Positions 1 to 39,438 of a stretch of 64,000 nt of DNA are shown piece by piece (position 1 is the first letter of the stretch; each line of letters begins with the position of its first letter). The translations under genes were made by a program, and so were the position numbers. Under the pieces are notes generated by a model that saw only the letters and a list, made by a program, of their open reading frames with translations, did no database searches and was not told where the DNA came from. This DNA is from the human T2T-CHM13v2.0 reference genome, Homo sapiens. The stretch lies in the NCBI RefSeq assembly GCF_009914755.1, contig NC_060933.1. One strand, written 5' to 3'.

Positions 1-417
1 AAGAACTGTCAACCCAGAATTCTACATCCAGTGAAAATATCCTTTAAGAATGAGGCCAGACACAATAGCTCACAAGTTGAAACTTAAGACAGGAAAGAGC
101 ATCAAAAATGAGTAAAAATAAGGTCAAATATGACAGACTATCCAACCTCTCATGAGTTTCTTAAATGATAATTGAGTGTTAAAGCAAAAACTCTACACCT
201 AATATGGTGTTCAATGTATATGGAGGAAATGCCACAGAAATTTTATTTTAAAAGTGGAGAGAGTAAAGGGGTGTAAATGTAGAAAAGGTTGTTAAACCAC
301 ACTAGAATTGGTTAAACATCAGTACTAGTAGACTGTGATGAGTTACATATGTATATTGTTATACCTAGAGCAACCACTCAGAAAACTATCCAAAGCTGTA
401 TGATCAAAAACACTATA

Positions 418-716
418 AGCCTGGGCATGGTGGCTCATGCCTGTAATCCCAGGACTTTGGGAGGCCGAGGCAGGTGGATCGCCTGAGGTCAGGAGTTGGA
501 GACAAGCTTGGCCAACATGGAGAAACCTCATCTCTACTAAAAATACAAAAATTAGCTGGGCGTAGTGACATGTCCCTGTAATCCCAGCTACTCAGGAGGC
601 TGAGGCAGGAGAATCGCTTGAACCTGGGAGGTGGAGGTTGCAGTGAGCCAGGATGCGTCACTGCACTCCAGCCTGGGCAACAAGAGCAAACTCCCTCTCG
701 AAAAAAAAAAAAAAAA
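418..716 (+). mobile_element. AluS
   Basis: Full dimer with polyA tail. Confidence 0.9.
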
Positions 717-808
717 CTATAAATAAAACAAAATAGAATCCTAATAAATATGCAAATAACCCACAGAGAGGGAAGAAATGAGACATATGAACAAGAAACA
801 CAGGAAAC

Positions 809-1062
809 TGGCCGGATGCGGTGGCTCACACCTGTAATCCCAGCATTTTGGGAGGCCAAGATGGGCAGATTACCTGAGGCCAGGAGTTTGAGATCAGCCT
901 GGCCAACATGGTGAAACCCCGTCTTTACTAAAAATACAAAAATTAGCCAGGTGTGGTGGCACACGCCTGTAATCCCAGCTACTCGGGAGGCTGAGGCAGG
1001 AGAATTGCTTGAACCCAGGTGCTCCAGCCTGGGCAACAAGAGCAAGACTCCATTGCAAAAAA
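809..1062 (+). mobile_element. AluS with an internal right-arm deletion
   Basis: Alu dimer; its tail seeds the GGAA repeat. Confidence 0.85.
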
Positions 1063-1066
1063 GAAA

Positions 1067-1140
1067 GGAAGGAAGGAAGGAAGGAAGGAAGGAAGGAAGG
1101 AAGGAAGGAAGGAAGGAAGGAAGGAAGAAAGAAAGAAAGA
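1067..1140 (+). repeat. (GGAA)15 + (GAAA)n microsatellite
   Basis: 15 uninterrupted GGAA units at 1067-1126. Confidence 0.95.
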
Positions 1141-1361
1141 TACGAAACCAACAGCAAGCAAATAACAAAATGGCAGACTTCAGCCCTCATATATCAGAAT
1201 TGCTACAAGGCAATTCTTCAAGTGGTCTACGTACAGTAATTAAAAGACAGAGATTGGCAGAGTGGACTAAAAAACAAAAAACCAAACATGATACAACATT
1301 ATGCTGGATCTACAAAAACTCACTTGAAATACAATGACATAGGTAGACTGAAAATGAAAAG

Positions 1362-1973
1362 TAAACTAGTTCAACCATTGTGGAAGTCAGTGTGGCGATT
1401 CCTCAGGGATCTAGAACTAGAAACACCATTTGACCCAGCCATCCCATTAATGGGTATATACCCAAAGGATTATAAATCATGCTACTATAAAGACACTTGC
1501 ACACGTATGTTTATTGCAGCGCTATTCACAATAGCAAAGACTTGGAACCAACCTAAATGTCCAACAATGATAGACTGGATTAAGAAAATGTGGCACATAT
1601 ACACCATGGAATACTATGCAGCCATAAAATATGACGAGTTCATGTCCTTTGCAGGGACATGGATGAAGCTGGAAACCATCATTCTCAGCAAACTATTGCA
1701 AAGACAAAAAACCAAACACCACATGTTCTCACTCATAGGTGGGAATTGAACAATGAGAACACATGGACACAGGAAGGGGAACATCACACACCAGGGCCTG
1801 TTGTGGGGTGGGGGGAGGGGGGAGGGATAGCATTTGGAGATATACCTAATGTTAAATGACGAGTTACTGGGTGCAGCACACCAACATGGCACATGTATAT
1901 GTATGTAACTAACATGCATGTTGTGCACATGTACCCTAAAACTTACAGTATAATAAAAAAAGAAAAAAAAAAA
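1362..1973 (+). mobile_element. young L1PA 3' fragment (ORF2 C-terminus, 3'UTR, polyA)
   Basis: ORF 1288..1749 carries L1 ORF2 end (KLVQPLWKSVWRFLRDLE...FSLIGGN); G-rich 3'UTR; TSD GAAAATGAAAAG at 1350-1361 and 1974-1985. Confidence 0.92.
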
Positions 1974-3188
1974 GAAAATGAAAAGCATTAAAATAAATGT
2001 ACCATGCAAATATTAACTTAAAAGTAGAAGTCGCTATATTAATACTAATACAGTAGACCTCAGAGCAAAGAATTACTGGAGCAAAGAGGGACATTACATA
2101 ATGATTTTTAAAAATTAATTTACTATGAAGACAAAATGGTTTTACATGTGTACACACCAAGAGCAGAGCCTTAAAATGCATAAACCAAAACCAATAAAGC
2201 TGAAAGAAGAAATCAACAAATCCACAATTGTAAGTTGGACTTCAACACTCTTCTCAGCAATTGATAAAACTACTAGACATAATTTTAAAAGTTATAATAA
2301 TCAAAAAATGGAGTGAATAATATAAAAACAAATTAAGAGTGTGTTTGATTATGAGAAATGTCATTTGCAGACTCCTTCCTTTGGCAGACCTTGATTGGGC
2401 AGGTTTGATGTGCCTGAGCTTAATGCAGGATGCACTTGGATGTGGTCAAGAGCTAGTCTGGACTTTGTGTCTGCAGCTGTGGCCACTTTGCCCTCCTTCA
2501 GACTCTGAGGCCACTTTTGCTCTCAGAGGCACACAGAAGAGACATCGGGCGCATGGTAAGCACTGCTCAGCAGCCTCAGTGGGGCACCAAGCACATTAGC
2601 AAAAGCATCTGTCATGAATTCCAGGCCTCTGAAAGTCACTGACCACCATAACCATCGGCCAGATGGATCCCACAACTGGGGAACACATAGATGCCACATA
2701 ATTCCCGGCCCTGGACTGTCTCTCTCCATGAAATCAGGTGATAACAGAAATCCCAGGAGCTTCTGATCCTCAAGAGCTTTTTCCAAAACTGGTCTGGAAA
2801 GTCATCCAACATCTGCAGCCAAGCCTGTGCTTCCAGGGCTTTGCAAAACTGTGAGGCCTGCCTGGTCAGTCTGTTTGACGCAAAGCAGGAATTTCTCTAC
2901 ACTATGCACCGCAAAGCTTATTTCTTTCTACATTACTCCTCCTGCCATGCATCATAAGCCCACTCCCTTCACCAAGCGAAATGCTGTCTTCTCTGGACGC
3001 TCAGTAGCACCCTTCCTAAAATGCAGCTTTCAGGACTGGACATGAAATTCCAGACATGACACCAGGAAGCAGGCATTCACGCCACCATCTCTTTCTCTAT
3101 CCAGCCATTTAATGCCATTATTGCAAACTTTTGGGGTGCCCAAGTCAGGTTGTTAATAATACTGAAATTACTGGTATCCCAAAACTAA

Positions 3189-3486
<298 letters not shown>

Positions 3487-3554
3487 CCAAAACTAAGATT
3501 TTTAAAGAGTACTTATTAATTTCATCTTTATCCTGTACTTGGGTCATATATATG

Positions 3555-3585
<31 letters not shown>

Positions 3586-4494
3586 GTTTAAATAAAATTT
3601 AACTGATACGTATATTTAATCTCAACAAAGAGCTTTACATTTATACACAATATGTTTCATTCTACTAGTTTTAAACTTTCTAGAGTTTGGAAGTCCTTTT
3701 CTTCCTGTCTCTTTTTAAAAATCCAAATTCTTTTATTCAGAGTATACACCCTCTGTCATGGGCATCTGCTGCTCTTGCCTCCCTGGTGAAGCCGTCCTGG
3801 TTTTCTTGTGGAACATCATCCTTCACATAGCAATCCATGTGCTGTGGCTGGGCTGACCATCCTCCACATCCCGAGGCAGGCGTGTGACCCAGGCAGGGCC
3901 AAGTAGCACCAGCCTGGCACTTTCCTCCAAGGAGGATACAGGGATGAGCCTGGCGGGGGGTGTGTGCAACGCAGAGGACAGCAGGTCCCGCAGGGGAAGA
4001 GATGAAGTGCTGATGACGCTCTGTGAGCCCTGCGTCCAGCCAGGCCTGTGCCACCCAGGTCTTCCTCTCATATAAGCAGTTCAACAATGGTTTCTGCCCC
4101 TTTCAGCTGACAGACTTGTCTAACAGAGCATCTCTCCAATTCTGTCACTGCAGCTTCAACCATCATTTTCTTACAGGATGGGCTGGTGGTGACAAGGGGT
4201 CCAGGGGGTTTGTTCCAGGGCTGTGTTTCCCTAGCAAGGATAGTTTTTGTGTTTCATGTGTGTTTGGGCGGCTTAGTGGGGTGCAATGGATTTGTGTGTG
4301 TTCGCGTGTTAATTAAAGTACCCTCCAGCCTCCTGCCAGTGTCACCACCACCATACTCATTCAAATGACTGAAAAGAATCATTGGGAGATCCAGTCAAGG
4401 ACACGGCTAGATTATTTGCCACTAGAAACCCAATGCAAATGGGCAGTAACTAACAGTATTTTATTTAACTGTGCCTTAGCCACCTTTTATCCAG

Positions 4495-5095
4495 GTCCTA
4501 TTGCTGGTTTGGATGTAAAATGTTACAGCTCTGTGGAAAACAGTTTGGCAGTTCCTTAAAAAGTTAAATGCAGAATTACCATATGATCCAGCAATTCCAC
4601 TCAGATATTTGTATACCAGTGTTCACAGCAACATTATTCATAATAGCCCAAAGGTGGGAACAACCGAAATGTGCATCAACTGATGAATGGATAAACCAAA
4701 TGTGGCATATGCACACAATAGAACATTACTCCACCTGAAAAAACAAGATTCTGATACATGTAAAACATGAATGAACCTTGAAAATATTATGCTAAGTGAA
4801 AGAAGCCAGACACAAAAGGATAAATACTGTATTCCACTTATATGAGGTACCTAGAATTGGCAAATTCATAGAGGCAGAAAGTAGAATAGAGGTTACCAGA
4901 GAGTGGGGATTGGAGGATGCGGAGTTATTGCTCTTTGGGTACAGGGCTTCTGTTTGGAATGAGAATTAAAAAATCTGTGGAAATGAATAAATGGGATGTT
5001 TGCACAACTTTCTGAGTGTATTTAATGCCACTGAATTGTACACTTAAAATAATACATTTATATTATGTATATTTTACCACAGAAAATGGAAAAAA
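4495..5095 (+). mobile_element. L1MB-like 3' end
   Basis: gtggaaaacagtttggcagttcctt...gaaccttgaaaatattatgctaagtgaaagaagccagacacaaaagg...tatattttaccac. Confidence 0.8.
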
Positions 5096-5347
5096 AATTT
5101 TTGTTTTGCAGACACCAGTACTTCCTCTTAAATACTTTAGCATGCGTATATTTGTTCAATATTTGTTTACAACATTTTAATGTAACATTTACATATAATG
5201 AAATGCACAGATCTTGAGTGTACATTCTTTGAATTTTGACAGATGTATATACTTGTATAACTCAAATCCTTATCAAGATACAGAATGTTACCATCACCCA
5301 GGTGATGTTCCCTCATGGCCCTTCCCCGTGAAATGCTCTGTTAAGTC

Positions 5348-5628
5348 TTTTTTTTTTTTTTTTGAGATGGAGTCTTGCTCTGTCACCTGGGCTGGAGTGC
5401 AGTGGTGTGATCTCGGCTCACTGCAGTCTCTGCCTCCCGCGTTCAAGCAATTCTCTGCCTCAGCCTCCCGAGTACCTGGGATTACAGGTGCCCACCACCA
5501 CGCCTGGCTAATTTTTGTATTTTTAGTGGAGACGGGGTTTCACCATCTTGGCCAGGCTGGTCTTGGTGATCCACCCGCCTCGGCCTCCCAAAATGCTGGC
5601 ATTACAGGCGTGAGCCACCGTGCCCGGC
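5348..5628 (-). mobile_element. AluS
   Basis: Antisense dimer, TSD tctgttaag. Confidence 0.9.
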
Positions 5629-7140
5629 CTCTGTTAAGATTTTTAAGAGCAGAATCAAGAAATTGAAGGATTTGCTGTTATTCCTACCTGCATTGGACTT
5701 GACCTGGGTGTTGGGTGAGTAGCAATCTGTTACTGTTTCTCTATGTGGACGATGAGGAAAGGGTTGAGAAATCCAGCGAAAGGACACTTCTGTTAATAGC
5801 TCAATCTGCTGCCCATGGTTGGGAAAAGGGGAGTATGCGGTGGTGGTTGTGGGGCAATCAGGGGGGCTATAGGGAACAAGTGTTCTGATTCTGAGCAGAA
5901 CTACTCTGCTCTCAGTAAAGCTGTCATGATAGAACACTGCCCCTGGGTATATGCCCTTGTTGTCCATCCCTTTTTTAGTTCTTAGCAAAGCCGTCTTCCT
6001 ATTTCTCTTGGGAATGTTCACAGCAGCATTATTAATAATAGCCCAAAGGTGGGAACAACCGAAATGTGCATCAACAGATGAATGGATAAACAAAATGTGG
6101 CATATGCACACAATGGAACATTACTCCACCTGCTGTGGAGTTCACGCTGCTGTGAACATTAGTATACAAATATCTGAGTGGAATTGCTGGGAATGGTAAA
6201 TTGGAGCCAACAGTTCACATCCTCATGAAGGTTCGGTGTGACTGTCATGCGTGGACCACCCTGGAGTCCAGCTGGGCAGTGACCCTTCCTCACGCCTTTG
6301 CTGTGTGATGGACCGGCTGAGCAGCGTCAGTGCGGATCTTAGGAACATCAGTTCCCAAATGGGAGACATGCCTTTACCAAGTTATCTGAGGCTCCTGTTT
6401 CACACTCTCTTCCTCCTCCTCCTTCTCCTTTATGAGTTCTTTAATTTTTTTTCTTGAACTATATTCTTCTGAATCTGTTATCTTATGAGAATTATGCATC
6501 TTAATTTTTTTAAATTGAGATAATAAAGCCCAAGAAGAAATAACTTTTTTCAAGCACCTCTAAGAAATATATCTGGCTTATATCATTCGTGAACATTTAA
6601 AAATGCACATACAGGAATGTGCATGTCTGTATTTTTAACAATTGTACTAAATTATTCAAACTGTCCTACAAATTGCTTTTTTTTTTTTTAACCTGAAAAG
6701 TATAATTCATGGCAGGACTCTATTTCTTCTGCCACAATATGATCAATAGGGTTTCAGACAGTGACTCTCATAACACCCTCGGAGCGCTCACTCTCTTTTT
6801 AAAGAGTTTATTCTTTTCAAAGTCGTGTGGATTAATTCCAGTATGTCAAGTCAAACTTTGGCTATAAAATGACATGGTTGACCAAGAAAAACACTTATGT
6901 GCTCACAATTTTCCATCCAGTGGCTTCTGAACATTTAAGACTACCTGCCCCTGACCAAGTCCTGTTTTGAAAATAGCTTAAACAATCTATTCAAGAAATC
7001 ATACTGAGCCTTTTCTTTACTGGGGGATGGGCAGAAAAGAATTAGAACACACAACAAAGCAAGGAAGAGAAACTTTGAACTTTCTTATCATATCAAAAGC
7101 AGCAAATTCCAACTCATAGTTAAAAAATAGGAGGCTATCT

Positions 7141-8136
<996 letters not shown>

Positions 8137-8139
8137 GAA

Positions 8140-10885
<2,746 letters not shown>

Positions 10886-11914
10886 GTCCTCTGTATCCTC
10901 TGTGTGGAGCCTGGGCCACATGGGTCTCCCAGATGTGCTCTGAAGTCACTGTCAAAAGTCATGGGCACTGGAGAGTTTCATGTGCCTGACGCTACGGAAG
11001 ATACCAAATTCTACATTTGCCTCCAATGGGCACAAATGTCAGTTTCCATCAAGCTCCACCCTGTCCAGGTGACTCCTGTTGTGGCTCTTTTCATATCATC
11101 TCCCCTTCTCCCACAAGTGCCACCAACAGGCAAAGGTGGGGAGCTGGGTTTGGAGACGCTGGTCTGACCCTTAGGTGAAATCCTCTCCCCTGATGTTGCA
11201 GGAGAATGGGTGCTCAGATGGAGAATCAGCACTCTTCTCAGGATTGGAAGGTGCTGTGGCTGGGGGAGTCTGCATTATGTTCTGGGCTGTGAGCTTTTCC
11301 AGAATTCCACTCCACAGGCACACGTCTGCTGTGTATGCATTTCTTGATATAAATCAGAAGTCCCTGAGTTCTCTGCTCTTGAATGTCTATGTAACGTGTC
11401 TAGCCCCATCTGAGGATGCTGGAAGTCGAGTCTGTTAGGAGGCCCCTGAATATGTGCTTGTCCCGGTGGTGCTCCAGGAGGTTGCCTAACCCCTCATTTC
11501 TCTTTTGTTCTGTGTTTCTTGCTCTAGGCTATTGCTCCATTTTCTGTAGGTCACCTCCTGCCACCTCTTCTCCAGGGTGATGCTGTTTGCAACACACAGT
11601 TCCTTGTCTTGGTTTCCTAAGCATCTTATTTCTGAAGGTGAGATATTGGCTGTAACAATTAAACTATTATTACAAGCTTGGGGATAACACTAGGTCCTTA
11701 AGAAAAGAATAAAATCAAACCTGAGCTTCAGATAAGGATCACAGGATTAATGCCTGCCTTGTACCGGACAATAGGGATAAAGACCAGTTGCCTCCACAAG
11801 TGACTCTCCTCAGGTCCCAGCCAGCTGACAACTGCATGCACTGATTATCTCTTTCTTTCCTTTTCTTTAACTGCATACAGGTTTCCAGGCCTTTGCTCAC
11901 CCTGAAGGAGTCTC

Positions 11915-13230
<1,316 letters not shown>

Positions 13231-13589
13231 AGATATTGGACCTAGGAGCTCTCTTTAAAGATCTTGGACCATAGGTACTATATTGGTTCATTTTCTGTTA
13301 CTTATATCAGAATACCTGAAACCAGGTAATTTATAAATAAAATGAATGTATTTCTTCCAGTTATGGAGGCTGAGAAATCCAAGGTTAAGGGACTGCCTCT
13401 GGTATTCCTGTCTCTTCTCCTTTTTCCACTAAAGGCCTGGTTGCCTTGACTGCTTCCAAGAGACTGGCAGGGAAAAGCAGTCTAACCATCCACAAATGTT
13501 AGCTAGATGGTAAACCTCCAACTCTCAATAATGAACCTGCCTACTGAGGGAAACACAGCCAACTCCAAATATAATGGGATTTTCTTGTG

Positions 13590-18780
<5,191 letters not shown>

Positions 18781-18846
18781 TCACCTCATACCCATCAGAA
18801 TGACTACTGTAAAACAAAACAAAAAACAGAAAATAATGAGTGTTGG

Positions 18847-19796
<950 letters not shown>

Positions 19797-19949
19797 CTGC
19801 TGAGAATATGGAGAAACTGAAACTCTTGAGCACTGTTGTCATGAGAATGTAAAATGGTGTAGCCACTAAGGTAAACAGTATGGTGGCGCCTCAAAAAATT
19901 AAAGAGAGAATTACACTATGATCCAGCAATTCTACTTCTGGGTGTATAT

Positions 19950-20806
19950 TAATAATAATGTATGCTAAATAACATATACTACTAATAATAACCAAACTTG
20001 ATTTATCCTGCTATACTCACCAACACAGAGTACTTCAGACACCAGACGTGTATGGGGTTCTCCCCACACACCAAGTAAGTAACCACCTCTGCAGCATGGA
20101 CACCAACTGGGTGTCCTCTAATTCAATTCAATTCTGACACTATCTACCTGGAGAGAGCATCAGATCCCACAGGTTGAGTGCTCAGTCCACAAGACTGCCC
20201 CCCACTTCCTATGCCAATTGCAAGCCCCAGGTTGCTTTACCTGCACTTCTTACTGACTGGCTATAAATGGGGGATCCCCACCTCTGGTCCGATTAATTTG
20301 CTAGAGTGGCTCACAGAACTCAGGAAGACACTTAACTTTTAACTTACATTTACCAGTTTATTATAAAGAATATTACAAAGGGTATTGATGAAAAGATGCC
20401 TAGGGTAAGAGATGAAAATAGACGTGGAGCTTTTATATCCTCCCAGGCATGCCACCCTCCAGGAACTTTCATGAGTTCAACTATTCAGAAACTTCCCACA
20501 CCCTGTCATTTGCAGTTTTTATAGAAGCTTTGTTAGGTAGGCATAATTGATTAAACCATTGACCGCTGGTGATCAACTTAACCTTGAGCCCCTTTTTCCT
20601 CTCTAAAGGATGGGGCTAGGGCCAAAAGTCCCAACCGTCTAATCATTTCTGGTGACCAGCCCCCATCCTGAAGCTACCTAGGAGCTGCCAGCCATCTGGC
20701 AACTCATTAGCACACAAAAAGACATCACTTTGGAGATTCCAAGGATCTTAGGAGTTGTATGCCAGGAAATTGGAACAAAGACCAAATATATATTTCACAG
20801 TACAAC
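19950..20806 (-). mobile_element. MER21-like LTR
   Basis: Contains caattctgacactatctacctggag..cagatcccacaggttga and ends aagaccaaatatatatttcacagtacaaca, as in MER21. Confidence 0.7.
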
Positions 20807-21413
20807 AATACCCAAAAGAATTGAAAGCAGGGAATCGAACAGATATTTGTATACCCATGTTCATAGCAGCATTATTCACAATAGCCAAAAGGTAGAAGGA
20901 ACCCAAGTGTCCATGCATGAATGAATGGATAAACAAGATGTTGTATACACAAACGAGAGAATATTATTCAGTGTTAAAAAGGAAAGAATTTCTGACAAAT
21001 GGATGAACCTTGAGGACATTACATTAAGTGAAATAAGCCAGTCACAAATACTATATGATTACTTATATGAGGTACCTAACATAGTCAAGCTTATAGAAAG
21101 AGAAAGTAGAATGCGGGTTGCCAGGAGCTGGGGAAAGGAGAAAGGGGCAGTTGTTGTTTAACGGAAATCGAGTTTGTTTTGCAAGACGAAAAAGTTCTGG
21201 AAATTAGTTGCACAACAATATGAATATATTAAACCATACTGAACTGTATGCTTAAAAATGGTTACGATGGTAAATTTATGTTACATGTAGTTTACCGCAA
21301 TTTAAAACAATCAATTGGCCATATTTGTGAGGATCTATGTGTGGGTCCCATTCTGTTCCATTGATCTATATGTCTAAGTCTTCTCCAATACCACACTGCC
21401 TTGATTTCTGTAA

Positions 21414-21731
<318 letters not shown>

Positions 21732-22373
21732 TGATAGTGTCTTAAAATTGAACATTGCTTATTTTTTATCTGGGGGAAGGGGGTGAGGTAAGATGGATAG
21801 CTATAAACAGAACTACTAGTATTGGAAATATATTCTTAAATAAACACAATGGACACAGTCTGATAAGCTTTATGCTGAGAAAGATGGGGACATGTTATAT
21901 TTCTCTGTTTTCCAGTGCCCAGGCCAGTGCCTAACTACCATTGAGTAAGCACTCAATAAATGGTTTTTTTTGTTTTTGAGACAGGGTATTGCTGCGTTGC
22001 CCATGCTGGAGTGCAGTGGTGCAATCATGGCTCGCTGCAGCCTCCAGTTCCTGGGCTCAAGTGATCCTCCTGTCCAGGCTGGTCTTGAACTCCTGGGTTC
22101 AAGCTATCCTCCTGCTTCAGCCTCCCAAAGTGCTGGGATTACAGCACTTGAGTGCCCAGGCACTCAGTAAATTTTTGACAAAGGAATGAAGATATAACTT
22201 TCTTCACCCATTGCAGCCTAAAATGCAAGAGAAGCTCTGGGATATTAAAATGAGAAACAGTCTTGGAAAAAAATTAATTTGAGCACACAGAATATTTTCC
22301 AGTGTGCACTACAAAAAACATGTAGTCAAAAATATCCATAGAAGTGTTGCTTAGAATGGGGCAAAAGCCCAAG

Positions 22374-22925
22374 GGAAAACCCACCCTCACAGGGTTAATG
22401 AGAATTACAAGCCAGGCTTTAGGCTTGTATTGTAGTCAGGCATCAACCAGCATGCACTGGTGTGCTCTGACTCATTTCCCTGCAGCTGCTAACTAATCGA
22501 GGGTCATGCAGCACACTGACCACCTGCTCCCCCATTGCTCCCATAGATAGAATCTGACACTGGACATTTTACCCAAGAATTGCTTAAGGTGTTTTTCAGA
22601 TCCTGAATTCCAGCAGAATGGCTGATGCCAACCGTCTGAAAACCCCTACCAAGAAAACGACTCAGCATCTCCTGGTCCCATGACTTCACTCCCCACTTCT
22701 CAACCAGTCAGCAATCCCCATACTTTAGCCCATCACCTGTCCAGACCCCTTAAAATCCCCATCCCCAAACCTCTCAGGGAGGCAGATTTGAAGTTTCCTC
22801 TCGTCTTGTCTTCTCATTCGGCTGCCCTACAGTTATTCAACTCTTTCTCTGCTGCAATCTCCACTGTTCTGGTGCATTGGTTTGTTACCATGCAACAGGC
22901 AATCGAACCTGGTGGTCCTATAACC
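22374..22925 (+). mobile_element. ERV1-class solo LTR (LTR19/MER72-like)
   Basis: ccctcacagggttaa start and tttttcagatcctgaattccagc internal motif; subfamily uncertain. Confidence 0.55.
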
Positions 22926-23700
22926 ATATTAAAATGAAACTGAGAAATAAATAAATAAATGTGAAACAGAGAGGTGTGACTTAGAAATTGTACACATTGG
23001 GTGTCACAACTTCCCTATACTTTGTGTTTTCATACTGACCTTGTTCACACTAATAAAGTGCCAACCTTGACTGACTGACTGTGATTCTGATGATGAGGAG
23101 GAAGAGGAGGAGAATAGGGATATGGTAAGAAGATTTTAAACCATTCTCTTTTCTCATCTTCCAAGTATTTACAAGTGGCTCAATTTTTCCAAGTATTCCT
23201 TTCTTTCTACAGAACTTCCATTAAAATAAAAAACAATTCTAAATCAAGCCTTATGGACAAGAATTAATGGTTCTCCCTAATATATCCCAAATCGGTGTGT
23301 CACTTGGGCAAGTCACCTCTCTCCCAGATTCTTATTTGTCCTACACGTAACTGGGGTTTTGCAACAGATGTTACTCTTCCTTCTCCTTTCCAGGTCTGTT
23401 AGAAACTTTATTAGGAAAGCCTGAAAGTAAAATCTGTACTGTTTACATCCAGAGAAAAGTTTATACTGACTAAATAATTTCCTCAAATCTGGTCACCTTT
23501 CTATGGGAAAATTCCTCATCTTAACAATGTTTCATGCATAAAGTCATCTGGCCTCTTAACTGCATTGTTGGATATTTTTAAGACCAAAAGCTTGCTAAAC
23601 CCAAAACAGCAAAAGCATTCAGCTGAAAATAAAGTGAAAAGCCACATATGTCTTAGAGGGAGAAAACAGTGCTAATGATTTTAGGCCTTAATAGTTTCAA

Positions 23701-26739
<3,039 letters not shown>

Positions 26740-26821
26740 AATAGTTGCAATATACCAGAGAGAAAATAAACAAGTAGGCTTTCAAAAATATCAAGGTTAT
26801 TGGTATTTAAAATCAAACTAT

Positions 26822-32213
<5,392 letters not shown>

Positions 32214-32409
32214 GCCCACTATATATTGAGTAAGGAGAAAGCAGTTTACAAAACAGGTTTTGGCGGGCTTCAGAAGAAAACAGGGAGACATAATATGGAT
32301 GGGCAGAGACAGGAAAGTGGTATCTCTAGGTAGCTGGCTGCTAGGAATAAATTTTATGCCGTGTTATTTTTGCAAAGATAAGAGACAAAAGGATATGTTT
32401 TAAATTGCG

Positions 32410-39438
<7,029 letters not shown>

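Larger units (their letters stand above)
1..2280 (+). mobile_element. old L1M fragments (ORF1 end and ORF2 endonuclease region), interrupted by Alus and an L1PA
   Basis: ccagaattctacatccagtgaaaatatcc..., aaaagacagagattggcagagtgga and tccacaattgtaagttggacttcaacactcttctcagcaattgata are L1 motifs. Confidence 0.7.

Noticed and set aside
413-1337. 251-aa and 128-aa ORFs with FLPS and RKEG repeats
   Set aside because: They are translations of Alu sequence plus the GGAA microsatellite, not genes. The same applies to the many Alu-derived ORFs across the window.
1288-1749. 153-aa ORF similar to L1 ORF2
   Set aside because: Only the C-terminal tip of a 5'-truncated L1PA fused to old L1 sequence; no promoter, endonuclease or RT.
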